DNA from: an uncultured virus (IMG/VR IMGVR_UViG_3300029258_002403) | Lineage: Duplodnaviria; Heunggongvirae; Uroviricota; Caudoviricetes | IMG/VR virus record: IMGVR_UViG_3300029258_002403 | Direction: 5' to 3' (one strand) | Length of the DNA: 64,000 nt | Shown here: one piece after another, positions 63,141 to 64,000 of the stretch | How the letters are laid out: every line of letters begins with the position of its first letter | How positions within the stretch are numbered: the stretch's first letter is position 1 | The notes under the pieces: model-generated | The model's database searches: none | The model's input: only the letters and a program-made list of their open reading frames with translations | What the model was told of the DNA's origin: nothing | Made by a program: the position numbers and the translations under genes

Positions 63141-64000
63141 CTAGAACTGGAGTTCGTCTTCCTCGTCGCGCTCCACCGCGGTGGTGTCCACGTAGTCCCC
63201 GGCGGACGGGCCCTGGGGCTCCCGCGCGGGTTGGCGGCGCTCACGTCGGGGAGCGGACCCAGCCGTGCCGTCACCCACGGCACGGGTACCCCCGTCCTTC
63301 TCGGTGCCGTCCGGGTTGAGCATCACCGGGCTCATGGCGTCACCGCGCAGGATGGCAGCCATCTGTGCGGGGGTGGGCACCTTGACGTACTCCCGGAGGT
63401 CGTGCTGGCCATTGATCCACGCTAGGGCCACCTGGGGGTCCTCCGCCAACGGGGTGGGGCGGATGTCCGCCTGGAACGCGTAGGACGTTCCCTGGCGGCC
63501 GCTCCCCTCCTTGGTGATGATCAGATCGAACCCGTTGGGCCCGGGGGTCACCAAGTTGCGCCGAGCGCGGCCGACCATGAGGCCGCGGATCTTCTCGTAC
63601 TGGGACTTCCCCTTCCACTTGCCGTAGGGGTAGGACACCTCGTAGATCAGAGGGCCCGCCGCCTCGTGGTCCCGGTTGATCACGTTCATCAGGACCCGGT
63701 GCTTAGCCTCCATGTCCTTGGCCAACTCCTGGTCCAAGGCGTCCTGACTCGCCTTGAGCCGCGCCGCCTCGGCGCAGATCGGGCACGGCTCCCCCTTCAT
63801 CTTGCGGGGGCACGGCACGCTCACGTACTGGCCCGGGTCGTCGGGGCGCTCATAGAAGTGCTTCCACAGGACAAAGAACGGCTCCGGCTTGGCGCCGTTG
63901 TCCGCGAACCACTGCTGCCACGCCATGGGCGGGGGCAGGATCCGCACCACGTTCTCCCCCTGGGAGACGGTGAAGAACACGCTGGCCTCAGCAGCCGCGG
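63141..64000 (-). CDS. gp32-like single-stranded DNA-binding protein (5' end outside window)
   Basis: 'VRILPP...KHF...CP...CPIC', 'GFDLIITKEGSG..TSY', acidic tail ending ELQF. Confidence 0.75.
   Translation of the reverse strand, partial: AAAEASVFFTVSQGENVVRILPPPMAWQQWFADNGAKPEPFFVLWKHFYERPDDPGQYVSVPCPRKMKGEPCPICAEAARLKASQDALDQELAKDMEAKHRVLMNVINRDHEAAGPLIYEVSYPYGKWKGKSQYEKIRGLMVGRARRNLVTPGPNGFDLIITKEGSGRQGTSYAFQADIRPTPLAEDPQVALAWINGQHDLREYVKVPTPAQMAAILRGDAMSPVMLNPDGTEKDGGTRAVGDGTAGSAPRRERRQPAREPQGPSAGDYVDTTAVERDEEDELQF

Noticed and set aside
1..64000. Many long plus-strand and alternate-frame ORFs (e.g. 18775..21609, 10968..13115, 8320..9930)
   Set aside because: They are shadows of minus-strand genes in high-GC DNA, with R/G/P-rich translations and no motifs.
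1..64000. CRISPR array, tRNA/rRNA, integrase, transposase, reverse transcriptase/DGR
   Set aside because: No repeat-spacer array, RNA-gene structure or catalytic motifs were recognised by eye; small RNAs could have been missed.

Overview
This window is part of a high-GC tailed-phage (or prophage) genome with a contractile tail, and almost all real genes are on the minus strand. In transcription order (64000 to 1) it holds: a replication/recombination module (gp32-like SSB, RecA, SbcD/SbcC-like nuclease, RuvC-like resolvase); a 7-deazaguanine DNA-modification cluster (ParB-like, TGT/DpdA-like, two T-fold proteins, QueE, FolE; no QueC in the window); an accessory array of about 45 small genes (35-52 kb); and a virion module (head fibres, scaffold, major capsid, neck, sheath, tube, chaperones, tape measure, baseplate) ending in a truncated amidase-like lysin. 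No portal or terminase is visible. The most striking feature is in the accessory array. Many small proteins have CxxCxGxG zinc knuckles and a shared 'AAxx(M/L)(L/V)-acidic' helix, and several carry short fragments resembling essential phage proteins. Fragments of capsid, tape measure, baseplate and sheath align by eye to this phage's own genes, while gpF-like and DnaB-like motifs are recognised from family knowledge. This could be an undescribed decoy/mimic system. All calls are by-eye motif recognition; no database searches were run.
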